Positions 25,093 through 39,513 of a stretch of DNA of 64,000 nt are shown piece after piece. The notes beneath the pieces were generated by a model. The model did no database searches. It saw only the letters and a program-made list of their open reading frames with translations, and was not told where the DNA came from. The position numbers and the translations under genes are program-made. The stretch covers positions 36,704,001 through 36,768,000 of the forward strand of contig OZ024755.1 in NCBI GenBank assembly GCA_964016885.1, in the 5' to 3' direction. Numbering within the stretch: position 1 is the stretch's first letter; the number at the start of each line of letters is the position of its first letter. Source of the DNA: Eledone cirrhosa. Its lineage: Eukaryota.

Positions 25093-26114
25093 GTGTCCAC
25101 AAGAGTGTCAGTTACAAAGTTTGGCTAGATGTGGTTCTACCACAGCTGAACACATTGCTGTCCTTGTGTCCACAAGAGTGTCAGTTACAAAGTTTGGCTA
25201 GATGTGGTTCTACCACAGCTGAACACATTGCTGTCCTTGTGTCCACAAGAGTGTCACTTACAAAGTTTGGCTAGATGTGGTTCTACCACAGCTGAACACA
25301 TTGCTGTCCTTGTGTCCACAAGAGTGTCACTTACAAAGTTTGGCTAGATGTGGTTCTACCACAGCTGACCACATTGCTGTCCTTGTGTCCACAAGAGTGT
25401 CACTTACAAAGTTTGGCTAGATGTGGTTCTACCACAGCTGAACACATTGCTGTCCTTGTGTCCACAAGAGTGTCAGTTACAAAGTTTGGCTAGATGTGGT
25501 TCCACCACAGCTGAACACATTGCTGTCCTTGTGTCCACAAGAGTGTCACTTACAAAGTTTGGCTAGATGTGGTTCTACCACAGCTGAACACATTGCTGTC
25601 CTTGTGTCCACAAGAGTGTCAGTTACAAAGTTTGGCTAGATGTGGTTCCACCACAGCTGAACACATTGCTGTCCTTGTGTCCACAAGAGTGTCACTTACA
25701 AAGTTTGGCTAGATGTGGTTCTACCACAGCTGAACACATTGCTGTCCTTGTGTCCACAAGAGTGTCACTTACAAAGTTTGGCTAGATGTGGTTCTACCAC
25801 AGCTGAACACATTGCTGTCCTTGTGTCCACAAGAGTGTCAGTTACAAAGTTTGGCTAGATGTGGTTCCACCACAGCTGAACACATTGCTGTCCTTGTGTC
25901 CACAAGAGTGTCACTTACAAAGTTTGGCTAGATGTGGTTCTACCACAGCTGAACACATTGTTGTCCTTGTGTCCACAAGAGTGTCACTTACAAAGTTTGG
26001 CTAGATGTGGTTTAAGCCACAGCTGAACACATCGTTGTCCTTGTGTCCCCAAGTGTGTCAGTTACAAAGCTTGGCTAGATGTGGTTTCACCACAACTGAA
26101 CACCTTGTTGTCCT
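25093..26114 (-). repeat. 73-bp x 14 minisatellite derived from a LINE 3' terminus
   Basis: Period 73 (25093, 25166, ...); continuous on the minus strand with the zinc-knuckle ORF end at 26115-26232. Confidence 0.9.
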
Positions 26115-26232
26115 TTCTCATTAAACTCTGCCAAGTCCAATGCTGTGTAGGGGTGTTCCAGCAGGGGGGCATATCAGGAGGTGCTGTGTAGTCTGTGGTT
26201 CGATGCCGCAGTCACACACGACGTCCCCATCC
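26115..26232 (-). mobile_element. Ingi/I-clade LINE C-terminal CCHC fragment
   Basis: Minus strand DGDVVCDCGIEPQTTQHLLICPLL..DLAEFNEKG; element ends GGACACGACCAGAAGAG at about 25083. Confidence 0.7.
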
Positions 26233-26390
26233 TTTAAATATTCTTTAAATACATCTGATGTGCAGGGTGGTTGGCTATAATTTGCTTACTATTAAGAAAC
26301 ATAAATATAATGAAACAGCGGAGTTATTAAACTTTATTTCAGAAATATTACATAGACAATTCAATGTAAATTTATATAATTTATGAAGTA

Positions 26391-26717
26391 CAGTTGTCCC
26401 TCGTTATTCGCGAGGGTTACGTGACTAGAGCACCCACGAAGAGTGAAAACAGCGAATATCGGGCCTGGTCCATAAAAATTCCTATAAACGGCAAAGCGCA
26501 ACGTAAAATATAGGCCCGCAAATACGGTATATTGTTATTAATAATTTAGCGTTAAAAAGCGGGAAAAACTATATATTGCCACGTAAAAATAGCCATTAAA
26601 ATCGCGAGAAATATTTACGATTTCGCGAATATGCGGTGGTTTCCGCGAACTATTATTAGTTAGGTTCTGAGGACAATTCTGCAAATAACCGGGACCGCGA
26701 ATGCCGGGGGTACACTG
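26391..26717. mobile_element. Tigger/pogo-like MITE
   Basis: TA-CAGTTGTCCCTCGTTATTCGCG .. CGCGAATGCCGGGGGTACACTG-TA; imperfect TIRs, TA TSD. Confidence 0.75.
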
Positions 26718-26769
26718 TATTTGAATGTTTCATGATCGCAAGTATATCATTATTATGGTATATCATTGC

Positions 26770-27150
26770 GCGGTGGATTGGCAGTATCGGTAGAGGGTCG
26801 GACGCTATGCTTTCCAGCATAGTTAAGTCCCTTTACGATCTGAGTTCAAATCCCGCCGAGGTTGACTTTGCCTTTCATCCTTGCGGGGTCGATAAAATAA
26901 AGTACCAGTAATGCACTGGGTAATTGCTGGCCTTGTGCCTTAAGTAGAAACAATTATTATGGTATATAATTATTGGCAGTATCGGTAGAGAGTCGGACTC
27001 CATGCTTTCTAGCATAGAGTTACGTCCCTATACGGTCTTAGTTCAAATCCCGCCGAGGTTAACTTTGCCTTTCATCCTTACGGGGTCGATAAAATAAAGT
27101 ACCAGTAATGCACTGGGATAATTGCTGGCCTTGTGCCAAAAGAAGAAACA
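26770..27150 (+). mobile_element. Two consecutive SINE family 1 copies (26770-26952, 26973-27150)
   Basis: Consensus match; TSD ATTATTATGGTATAT at 26749-26763 / 26953-26967. Confidence 0.9.
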
Positions 27151-27866
27151 ATTATGTCTTTTTAATTAGGAAGTTAATTATAGTCCACCATGAGAATATT
27201 TCGAGAAATATTTATATGTACACGAACGAGTTAAATCTATATTTGTGTCCGCGCTTTGCAACATATATTCTACAAGCAAAGATAATTGTACCTAGTAACT
27301 AAACTATGTTTTATCGTAGATACAAATAACTTAGTTGCAATCAAATTTATGTATTTTGCTTCCCGACGAAAGAAGTTTCTGTTGTGTTCGTCTTAATGTA
27401 TCTAACTTTCAGAAACAAAATTGTCCACAAACGCTGGTTGAAAATATTTTGGTACCCGTCCAATACACTGTAAAATATCAAAGTAGTATTTTGCATGTAA
27501 CAACAGTTGTTACTGTTAGTACTACGACTATTAGAGATTCTTTGATATCATTCATCTGCAGTTTCAGGTAAATAATAGCAAAACTTCTCTAAAATCACAC
27601 CTTACTGCTTTGAGATGACGAACGACGTATTGATTAATGTAGTCCAAGTTACAAGATATTTTTTAAAGTATGGGATATTTAATACAGGAAATCCTTTGAT
27701 CACATATATATTCCAACAGTGCTATCTCGGGGCTAACCATTAGAAAATTATCTCCTTTAACCACAAGTTATACCTAGCTAATGGACGTTCTTGTTGATGT
27801 TCGAACCCAAGTTTAAAACCAGATTCTCGCAGACCTTATCATCCTCTTGTTTTTACGTTATTCATC

Positions 27867-28003
27867 AATTACCCCAGTGCATTACTGGTGCTTTATTTTA
27901 TCGACCCCGTAAGGATGAAAGGCAAAGTTAACTCAGAACGTAAAGGGCCATAACCCTACGTTGTAAAGCATGGTGTCTGACGCTCTACCGATACTGTCAA
28001 ACC
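27867..28003 (-). mobile_element. SINE family 1, internally deleted
   Basis: Core and A box present. Confidence 0.8.
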
Positions 28004-28852
28004 ACAAATATAAGCCGGTAGGGTGCGTTTTGAGCAAGGTTTGACCGCTATTTCTAGCAGGTAGAATAACGATATAGTGTCTCCCTCAAATGTTACTATC
28101 TCTTTCAACACTGAACGCCATTTACGTTCGGCAATATTTTCATCGCATTTCAGGTTGCTTTGTTAGTAAATTAATAAGATCAGTTGACCTTTAAGTAGTA
28201 GTTCGATTTTTATTCCTAAGTAGCTTAGCATATGAAATTAACCACCAAGACCACGAGACCAAGCAATATTAACATTCAACATTCAATCTCGTAACCTTAG
28301 TCACCATTGCCCTTACCTCATTACCGCCACCCATGCACACATACACCTTATGAGAATAACTATATGTGTTTAACCTTCGTTGGTTCCAACGGAGGATGTC
28401 CCGTTGGGACGTAGCTGAGCATTCCAAAATTATGTATACCATTAGCATATTTCTCAGGGAGATTCAGCCTGCTACATTGCGTGACAAGGCTGGAGATTCA
28501 ACTAATGGTGTAACATATTTTATCCATCTGAGTGTATTGAAGCAATGTGAAATAAAGTTTCTTTATCAACGTCAAAATTCATCGCCATTAATCGAAGTCA
28601 CGACCTTAAGACCTGAAGAGAAACGTCCTACTATATATATACAAGGGAACGGGCGAAGGATTCAAGAACACGCGCCTTGTCCGATCCCTTGTCGATTCAA
28701 TTTGGATTGCCTCGGGAACGTAATCTTATTATGTAAGAAGCTGTCTGATGATGTCACGGCACTGGGCACACGGAATCGTGTGGCCACTGTCATCATTGAA
28801 ATATGTATCACAGCGTTATCAATAAAAGACTTTAACATCTGAAACTACTTCG

Positions 28853-28939
<87 letters not shown>

Positions 28940-28943
28940 CGTA

Positions 28944-28978
28944 TATGGTCCATCTGGTTCCTTACCACATTTCCTTCG

Positions 28979-29028
<50 letters not shown>

Positions 29029-29172
29029 CGAAGGAAATGTGGTAAGGAACCAGATGGACCATAACGCACCAAAGTACTCAATACCCACTCTACTCAGGGG
29101 AGTAGAGTGGGTAATAGGAACAAGTATGACCCGACGGCAGAGCTCAAGCCGTTTCGACGGCTAATTCTGGAC
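28944..29172. mobile_element. PLE-tail family A with a TA-centred palindrome
   Basis: 28944-28980 is the exact reverse complement of 29027-29063. Confidence 0.7.
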
Positions 29173-29610
29173 TAATATATATATTATATAATTCAGAAAG
29201 AAGAGTGACATGGTTCGCTATACAATAAGGGCTTCATTCACATTGCTGACAATTGTTTCTTTGATCTGGTAGGTCTAGAGTTCGCCTGATTGCGTCAATC
29301 GATCTCAAATACTTTGTTTATAACCAGTCATTTTCATCAGCGAACCATGACACTCTTCTTTCCTGAATTATTATTACTCCAAGTGTAAACTACATAGAAA
29401 TCGCCGCGAACTCGCAGCATCACTATGGAAACGTCTTGTTGAGTCAAACTAAGCCACACGTTAATACTATCCACTACATGGAGTACTCTAACTGGACTAC
29501 ATCTAAGTGGACTGCCTATAATGATAACCTGTTATCCCGTATATATATATATATATATATATATGAAAAAGAACACAAGAGCGTCTACAACATCAAAAGA
29601 TTTTTTATTG

Positions 29611-29655
29611 GCTTACAATGTTTCTTCCTTACGTAACCGTAGGATTCGTCAGAGC
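29611..29655 (-). ncRNA. Minimal hammerhead ribozyme in a TA-flanked module (29564-29906)
   Basis: Minus strand GCT-CTGACGA-ATCC TACG GTTA CGTA AGGAA-GAAA-CATTG-TA-AGC. Confidence 0.7.
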
Positions 29656-30493
29656 TATAAAAGGGGTTTGATTGGTGTTATGGACTCTACCAACCAAACA
29701 TTCAAGAACAAAGAGTAAAGAGAGTAAAGAGCAAAAGTAGGGGACGATAAGTCTAATTTTGGTGCGGGAGGGTGGGGTGTGGGTCCTTGTTTACTAGCTG
29801 CGGTCATATTCATTCCCGGGAGTCCGGTGGTTAGCTGAACCATAGATGGGCTGGCGTCGATAGTATGGTGCAGAGGGTGCGCAGAGGCTACACAAAGGGC
29901 GTACAATATATATATATATATAGCGGAGGAGAAAGTACATGAGGTAATTAGAAATACATAACTATAAATAGTATCCTTAATATTATATATATATATAATA
30001 TTAAGGATACTATTTATAGTTATGTATATTTTAAACTATAAACTATAAACAGGGAAGGTCAGTAATTTATTACTACCCTATTACCAGTAAGATAAATAGC
30101 TCAATGTAAGAACATCAGTTGTTCTACAGAGCAGTTATATAGAATTCACAAGAATAAGTTTGGATGAAACAATTGTAAGTGAATAAATGCTTTGAACATA
30201 GCTTTGATTCTTGTGAATTCTCTCTCTCTATATATATAGATAAATCTACCAAAATATACGGTAGTGTCCAATCCGTATATATATATATATATATTATATA
30301 GAAATTCCGAGTTGTTTATAACACACAGTAAAGAGTGAAACACACATAGATATATGTGTGTGTTCAAATTATAAGGGATATAAAACCACTACAGAATAGT
30401 TATTATGGTCGTTTTCTATACCTTAATTTATCCTTTTAATTGAGTCCTGTAAACTGTACTATTCCATAGTTAATATATTCGTCACCCTAGTGG

Positions 30494-30565
<72 letters not shown>

Positions 30566-30720
30566 CGAAGGAAAAGTGGTAAGGAACCAGGTGGACCATA
30601 ACGCACCAAAGTACTCAATACTTAGGGTAGTAGAGTGGGTAATAGGAACAAGTAAGACCCCGACAGCTGAGCTCAGCCGTCGGGGTCTTACTTGTTCCTA
30701 TATATATATATATATATATA

Positions 30721-31497
<777 letters not shown>

Positions 31498-32338
31498 ACA
31501 TACCCATGCGTATATATGCGATTTTCTGTGTGGTGAGTGTATGAGTGTATCGTTTTGCCATGCATCAATCGAAGTTATAATCTTTTCGGGTATATCAGGA
31601 TAAAACGCCATGTTGAAAATATGACATATTTGTAAAAATATATCGAGAAACCTACACAATATAAAGAGAAGCTTCTATAAATTTCATTATGAAAAATTCC
31701 TCTTTTTTTGGGGGGGCTTTCTTCCCTTATACAGCGACACATATAACACTATATATGCTTTCACCTTTTTTCGCATTGTGACTCATCATTTGATTCTATA
31801 TTTTCTACAAATTTCTCTCTCTCCCTCTTTCTCTTTTCTCTCTCTCGAACACAACTTTGATGTGGAATTGGAAATATACAAGCTTTAATTCCATGAGTAT
31901 CTTACAAGAATTGCCGAACACCTTTGACCTCCAAGATCTTCAAAGATATAGTCTCTAAAAAGAAACTTGTATTATAGCGTTTCGAGAACACTATTACATA
32001 TTGTTGAATTTCCCATACAATATTTTAATTCTTTATTCGGTCTTTATTGCTGAAAAAATGCTTTTGTTACTGAAACGAAATGCAACTATTATATCAAGTA
32101 TTTGTAGCGTAGATCAAATACTTGAAGACACCAGAACTTCAGGCAAGGTGAGATTCAAGGTTAAAACGATAGCAAAATGATTGAGAGCCACAATTAACAA
32201 TTTGTTGCTTTTAGATAAAAGCTGGTACAATTTTCTGTTGATGACGGAAGTGGTACAATGGATTTAAAAGGTTTAAAGCACATGAAAAATGAAATAAGGA
32301 ACATTGCACATCATTTGAACTGAAGAAAAATACGTTGT

Positions 32339-32384
<46 letters not shown>

Positions 32385-32456
32385 GTACGTATTTTTCTTC
32401 AGTTCAAGTGATGTGCTTTATATGTATATATATATATATATACATACAAAGGGAAA

Positions 32457-32522
<66 letters not shown>

Positions 32523-32867
32523 AAGATTGAGATAAGTAGATAGATATAGATATTTTTATACATATAAACATTATATATATATACATATACATTATAAATA
32601 TAAATTCAGCGAGAATCGCATTACAGCGGGTAGAAAAAGCGAAACGTAACGCAAATTCCGAGTCATGCTGGCAAGCGTTCCATAGGCTAAAAGACCAGAG
32701 CAATAAACATAGGTTATAAAGGCCATACAAAGTGAGAAGGCGGTCAAGAAGCGTTTAACCACCTAAGCCAAAAAAAGTCAAGCTAAACAGGTCAGACAAA
32801 ATAAATGACATATTCTCTCTTTATATATATATGGGGTGGTGTATATATATATATATATGTGTATATG

Positions 32868-32898
<31 letters not shown>

Positions 32899-32903
32899 GT
32901 ATA

Positions 32904-33295
<392 letters not shown>

Positions 33296-33318
33296 GTATA
33301 TATATATGTATATATATG

Positions 33319-33349
<31 letters not shown>

Positions 33350-33528
33350 GTAAGTGCCGTACTAAGAGTGAGAAATGAAATTCCGTTTTTATTTATTACA
33401 ACTATATATATATATATATCACAGAAAAAAGAGAATCAGTGTTGCGACGAAAGGAATTTATTGGATATATTACAAATGTTTCTCTACGAAGCAGATTTTC
33501 CTAAGGAAAATATGCTTCGTAGAATCGA

Positions 33529-33624
33529 GACGTATCTGACGACCGTGTTGATTTGAGAGTCAGGTGTGATCACCATATCGATCGTCCCTCGAGCTGGTCG
33601 CCCGAGAAACATTTGTAATATGTC
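33529..33624 (+). ncRNA. Hammerhead ribozyme with extended stem II in a fold-back module (33416-33750)
   Basis: GACGTAT-CTGACGA-..-GAAA-CATTTG-TA-ATATGTC; inverted arms 33417-33483 / 33605-33671. Confidence 0.65.
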
Positions 33625-33885
33625 CAATACATTCCTTTCGTCGCAACATGGATTCTCTTTTTTCTGTGATAGCATACTCTGCCCTACGAGGGCATTGAGT
33701 GCTCATACGGCCTACCACATACGGACGCTTGAAGCATCCAACACCAATTATATATATGTATATATATATATATATGTGTATATATATATATGTATATATA
33801 TATGTATATATATATATATATAATATATATATATAAAATAAAGTTAAATAAAAAGTCAAATGATTAAAATTTAGCTTCGTTTATT

Positions 33886-33940
33886 ACTGCTATATATATT
33901 TCAGTGACAGCCATCTTTGGCTGTGACCTCTTCAGGCAGT
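33886..33940 (-). ncRNA. Minimal hammerhead ribozyme
   Basis: Minus strand ACTGC-CTGAAGA-GGTCACAGCC..GGCTGTCACT-GAAA-TATATA-TA-GCAGT. Confidence 0.85.
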
Positions 33941-34084
33941 TTGAATTAGTATGGTATAGACAAGTACACTACTCCGGAGTAACCAAACCAACCTGCGCAC
34001 TTCGTCGAATGCTCCAGCCTGCATACTGAGGTGTTGGTATACAACCAACATAAACTAAAAAAAATATATATATATATATATATA

Positions 34085-34985
34085 TATTTATTAAAATAAC
34101 AGATTAAAGTTTAAGCAAAGCGTCTGCGTGAGTATGCAGGTTCGTACGTATGTTGGGTGTGTGTATATGTGTACTTCATGTTTTGGTTGACTTACGTCTC
34201 CGATCATTTGTGTATTTACATGTAGGTATGTGTGTGCGCTTGTTATATACGTATTTATTTATTTATATACGTTTATTTAATTATTTATTTATTTGTATAC
34301 ACGCACACACACACATATTTATATGTGCGTGGTTTTGTATACCTATGGCGAGTGTTTTCGCGTTTTTCTTGTGTATGTACGTATTTGCATGCGTGTATGT
34401 ATTTATTTAATTTCTATTACCTCTGTATTGTATTTTATTTACTTTATTCGGATATTTATTCGGTTTCCTAGTTAGAATTTTAGTCTACGACTTCTGCTAT
34501 ACCATTTACGTGGTTTTGTCTTTGCGTGTAATTGTTCTCCACGCTCCACATACGACGTATTATCTTCGTTTTTTCCGTTCATTGCCAGAGAACGTCTCTA
34601 TGAACCACCTAAGAGAACATTAGTCTACGACTTCTTTTATACCATAAACGTGGTTCTGTCTTTGCGCGTAATTGTTTTTCACCGCTCCTATTAATGACGT
34701 ATATTCGTTTTTCCCCGTTCTTTGCCAGGGAACGTTTCCACGAACCAAAGTATCGTCTTCCTGTCTTCCTCCGGCTGCAACGTTTTTTGAAATATCCACT
34801 TCTGCGTTTACAGATTGACTTTGTTAGTTTCAGAAGATCCCGTTAAGGGTGTAAGCAGCGATTCTTTGCTTAAACTTTAATCTGTTATTTTAATAAATAT
34901 TTGCTCTGCGGTTCTTATATATTTGATATATATTTATCCTATTCGAGCCCTCTTTGGATTTTAGTCTTCAAATTTATTATTATTA
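34085..34985 (+). mobile_element. PLE 3' UTR/pLTR fragment with short inverted 5' arm and an internal ~140-bp duplication
   Basis: 34085-34120 inverts 34865-34901; TAGTCTACGACTTC block at 34481 and 34622; degenerate HHR CAGAAGA-TCCC..GGGT-GTAA at about 34831. Confidence 0.55.
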
Positions 34986-35395
34986 CTATTATTATTATTA
35001 CTATTATTATTATTACTATATATATATGTATGTATATATATATGTGTATATATATATATTAGAAAAGATCGTAAAATGATGAATTTTTTAATATAAGGAA
35101 CTTGTTCTTTGTTTTTATTCATTGTTTTTATTAATTTATCTTGACTCTGTTTTCCTGTGATTTTCATCGAAAATCTTTGAATGCATCTTCTCTTTTCATG
35201 ATATTTGGATTACATTGAGTTCTTCATACGGATTGGACACTACCGTATATTTTGGTAGATTTATCTACATACTTTGCTCCTAATTTTATAAAGGTATTCA
35301 TATTTTAATATATATTTTTAATATATATATATATAATTTTATAACTCCCTATATATATAGTTGAGCTCTCTTTCTTGTCCATTATCCATATTACA

Positions 35396-37855
35396 ATGTA
35401 AAAACAATACTTGGGAACTTCTTTAAAGAATATACCAATACCTTCTAAGGATGAATTCTTACTTCTTATGATACAAAAACCAACCAATTCATCAAAAGGG
35501 TCAGATGGAGGGCCTACCACTTTGATAAAAAAACAAAATGTACGGATAAGAAATATTTATATGATTTTACTACATATAAGAACCCACCACACAACTCCTT
35601 GCTTGAAAACTTCGAGAAAGACCTTTTTAACTTAATCAAACACCTCAAATTTAAGAAATATAAATCTAATTTTCAAAAGGATCTTGACTCTACCCTATTG
35701 GATCTAAAAAATCTAACAAAGTCCACTCTGACAAAACTGGAAATCTATCCCACATGGATATTGATAATTACAATGAGTTCATATATAAAGAACTCAGGAA
35801 AAATTATAAAAAAACAAATAATGCGGCTCTTACCAATATCAACAACAAAACACACAACATAGTAAATAAACTCAATATTGAAGACAGAACTGAACCTTTG
35901 GCACTGAAAAAACCACACTTTATAAGACTTATATGCCCTTCCAAATCTGACATTGTCATCATTAGTAAAAGATTTTTACACGTTAATTTACCACTCTGGG
36001 AAAACACATCCCAAGTAATTAACTGGTTTACTAATATTAGAAATAAATCATCTGCTTCATTTCTACAATTTGATATAGATGCTTATTATTCCTCTATATC
36101 ACCCATACTCCTGAACAAAGCCTTGATATTTGCCAAAAATAGATCAAACTTAACTATGGATGACATTAATATTATCACGCACGCTAGACAAACACTACTG
36201 GAATTTCAGAAGGAATACTGGACCAGAAATACATATAGTAATCTATTCGATATTACTATGGACTCTAGTGATTCTGCCAAAATTACCGATCTTGTGGGCC
36301 TCTTTCTTCTATTTAACATAAATTCTTCTTTTCCCCACCTTAAAGGTCGTTTATATCGTGATGATTGTCTTCTTTTTTCCACTAACCTTAGCCTATCAGA
36401 AATTGAAAAAAATAAAAAAACTTAGAACTTTCCTCAAAGACTATTATAGTATCACTATTACATTTGAAAACACCAGTAAAATAGTTAATTTGCTAGATAT
36501 AACTTTAGACTTATCTACGGGTATCTACCAACCTTACCATAAACCTAACCCGAACTTACATTACATACACTCACAATCCAATCACCCTAGATCTATCCTT
36601 AAAAACCTAGCATATAATATCTCACTCAGAATTTCTAACCTTTAATCTAACCAGGATGTATTTGATAAAAATGCGCCCTTTTATAACGAAGCTTTAGCTA
36701 GAAGCGGCCACAAAAACAAATTAGCCTATATACCTTGCACCAATAATATTTCAAACATACAACCCAATATTATCAACAAACACCAAATGAAAAATACACA
36801 CCTAAATGCCACTCACACTACACCCAAAAATACCAACCTAAAACTTAATTTCTCTACCTCTTCTCACATAAAATATAATAAATTTCAAAAAACCATTTAT
36901 CCTAACACTCCAACATATGTTAATAACATTACTAACAAAATTCCTAGTAATCAGACTAAAAAACCTAAATCAGTTAATCTAACTAATCCTATATATAATA
37001 AATTCACTAATACTAACTCTCTTAGTAAACCTCCTGATACATCGTATAAATATAAAAAAACAACATCGAAACCGTAATAGACGAGTTACTTGGTATAATG
37101 CTCCATTTAATCTACAAATTAAAGATAATATCCCTAAATTTTTTTTTACTATCCTAGAGAAAAACTTCCCGCCAAACCATAAATACCATCAAATCTTAAA
37201 TAGATCAACTGTCAAATTTTCCTACTCCACTACCAAAAATATACAACAAAATATAAGTGCGTACAATGCATATCAATGTAAAAAACCACGAATATACCAC
37301 CAACACATCAAACCAACCATAATACTAAAATAAACCGCAACAAACCACCATCTCCTTCACATATAACAAGTCGAGTAAATTCCACACCAAATTTGACTAA
37401 CTCCCCTGATATAATATTCACGAACGGTTGTAACTGTAGAAACAAAGGAAATTGCCCATTAAAAGGAAATTGTCTTATTAATAACATAGTATATACATGT
37501 AAGATTAGCACTAAGGACTCAACTTATTCATATATAGGAGCTACGTCTAACCAATTTAAAGTAAGATTTAATACCCACAAACATAGTTTTTAAAAATGCC
37601 GCATTAGCTAATACAACATCCTTGGCTGAAACAATTAATAATTATAGAAAAAAGAATATCGATTACAACCTGACCTGGAGTGTGCTCAAAAGGGCCACCC
37701 CTTATCAAAATAACAGATATGAGTGTAGACTATGCTCCCAGGAACTTTTTGAAATAATGAAATCTAAGGATATCCTATTAAATAAGCGACAAGAATTAAT
37801 TATATCTTGCAATCATAGAATTAGAAGAACTTTCAAATATTATAAACCTAATTAA
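35396..37855 (+). pseudogene. Frameshifted PLE RT + GIY-YIG ORF
   Basis: [90 protein letters not shown]. Confidence 0.9.
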
Positions 37856-38570
37856 TATACACCTTACACTTATATTTTACATATTATTATAATCAGTTTT
37901 TTTAATTTAGTTAACCTATAATTAGTACTTTACTACAGAGAACTTCATAATTTTATTTCCCTCTTACAGCTCTCTTTTCCTAAAATCAATACCTAAAAGT
38001 ATACATATAAATTAATTTAATTTCCTGTTATGAATCTAGATTCCTTGTAGTCTATATAAGATTGGTATTTCTCACTAATATATTTATCCCCAAATTTTAT
38101 TTTCCTTCGTTTTTAACAACATTCTTTAATAACATCTAATTCTTATTATCACATCCATATGAATTAATATAAATTTATCCCTATAAGTATACCTATCAAT
38201 TAATTTAATTTCTTGTTATAGATCTAAATTCCTTGTGTTTTAAATAAGATTGGTATTTCTCACTAACACCTTTACCCTAAAATTTTAATCTCCTTCGGTT
38301 TTAACATTAACATTATTCTTTAATAACATCAAATTTTCGTGTACCCTTCACCGGCTTGACCTCTTTTCATCCCCAAAGTATTCTTTTCATTCAAAGTATT
38401 CTTTCCATTCAAAACTTAAGTCTGCATTCCTCTACTCCTAAATTAAATTTCTACTACTACTATTCTATCAACTTGACCTCTTACTACTTTTCTATTGGTC
38501 AATTCAAAACCTGTTCCCAAACAGACCTATTATATTAAATCTTTGTTGGTTTTTTTCAATAAACAAATAT

Positions 38571-38707
38571 CATTATTTCTGAAGACAGCATATATATGTG
38601 AAGGTATGTATATTTCCTCTGATAGTTTGTAAAATTTTTACATAGATCATCTATATGATATACATACCAACACACATATATATCCTAGAAACGATCGTAA
38701 AATGGTG
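38571..38707 (+). ncRNA. Hammerhead ribozyme with long stem II in PLE pLTR
   Basis: CATTATTT-CTGAAGA-about 100 nt-GAAA-CGATCG-TA-AAATGGTG. Confidence 0.65.
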
Positions 38708-38777
38708 AATTTTTTAATATAGGGAACTTGTTCTTTGTTTTTATTCATTGTTTTTATTAATTTATATATATATATAT

Positions 38778-39350
38778 AAATGGAAAAGAATGAAACGAAA
38801 TTTCATTTCTTACTCTTAGTACGGCTGGTACTTAAATGTAAGTATGTATGTACATACATATATGTATACAGACGTACAGTAGTATGTATATATATACATA
38901 CATGCACACATATATATATGTACGTATGGGCTTACCGAACATTTATTATAATGCTCGGTTTGTTTGTAAACAAACAGCCCGAATTACGCCGTACAGTGTT
39001 CAGGCAACCATCGTCACCTTTTTGTTCAACACTGACAAAGGAACGATGTACTAGTTTCAAGCTTATTAGCTATCGTCAGAATCGTATACCGTCCTGCTAG
39101 ATGATTGAACGTCTGAAAGTATATACTTTCCTTATGCATATTAACGGCTGAGCAGCCTAATTTGCATATCGAGTGAGTTAGTCGGCCGGGCGTACCGAAA
39201 ACGATAAATGGAAAAGAATGAAACGAAATTTCATTTCTCACTCTTAGTACGGCTGGTACTTAAATGTAAGTATGTATGTATACGTACATACATATATGTA
39301 TACAAACGTACAGTAGTATATATATACATACATGCACACATATATATATG
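38778..39350 (-). mobile_element. Family R3 second locus: 428-nt monomer plus partial second monomer; HHR at 39043-39085
   Basis: TGGAAAAGAATG at 38781 and 39209; HHR as at 30988 with one stem I mismatch. Confidence 0.8.
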
Positions 39351-39430
39351 TATATTATATATAAATATATATATATGTATGTATATGTATATACATATAT
39401 ATATATATAAATATATATATATATGTGTAT

Positions 39431-39513
<83 letters not shown>

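Larger units (their letters stand above)
35060..38765 (+). mobile_element. Near full-length Penelope-like retroelement (Nematis/Neptune-like linker) with direct pLTR ends
   Basis: Direct repeat 35060-35139 / 38686-38765; flanked by (TA)n; HHR in the 3' pLTR. Confidence 0.85.

Noticed and set aside
25093-26114. CRISPR-like periodicity (also the 28-bp and 17-bp arrays)
   Set aside because: Units repeat in full with no unique spacers, no cas genes, eukaryotic context
32100-32152. Possible small host exon (TTGTAG..GCAAG/GTGAG)
   Set aside because: Only splice-like dinucleotides, weak polypyrimidine tract, no supporting neighbours
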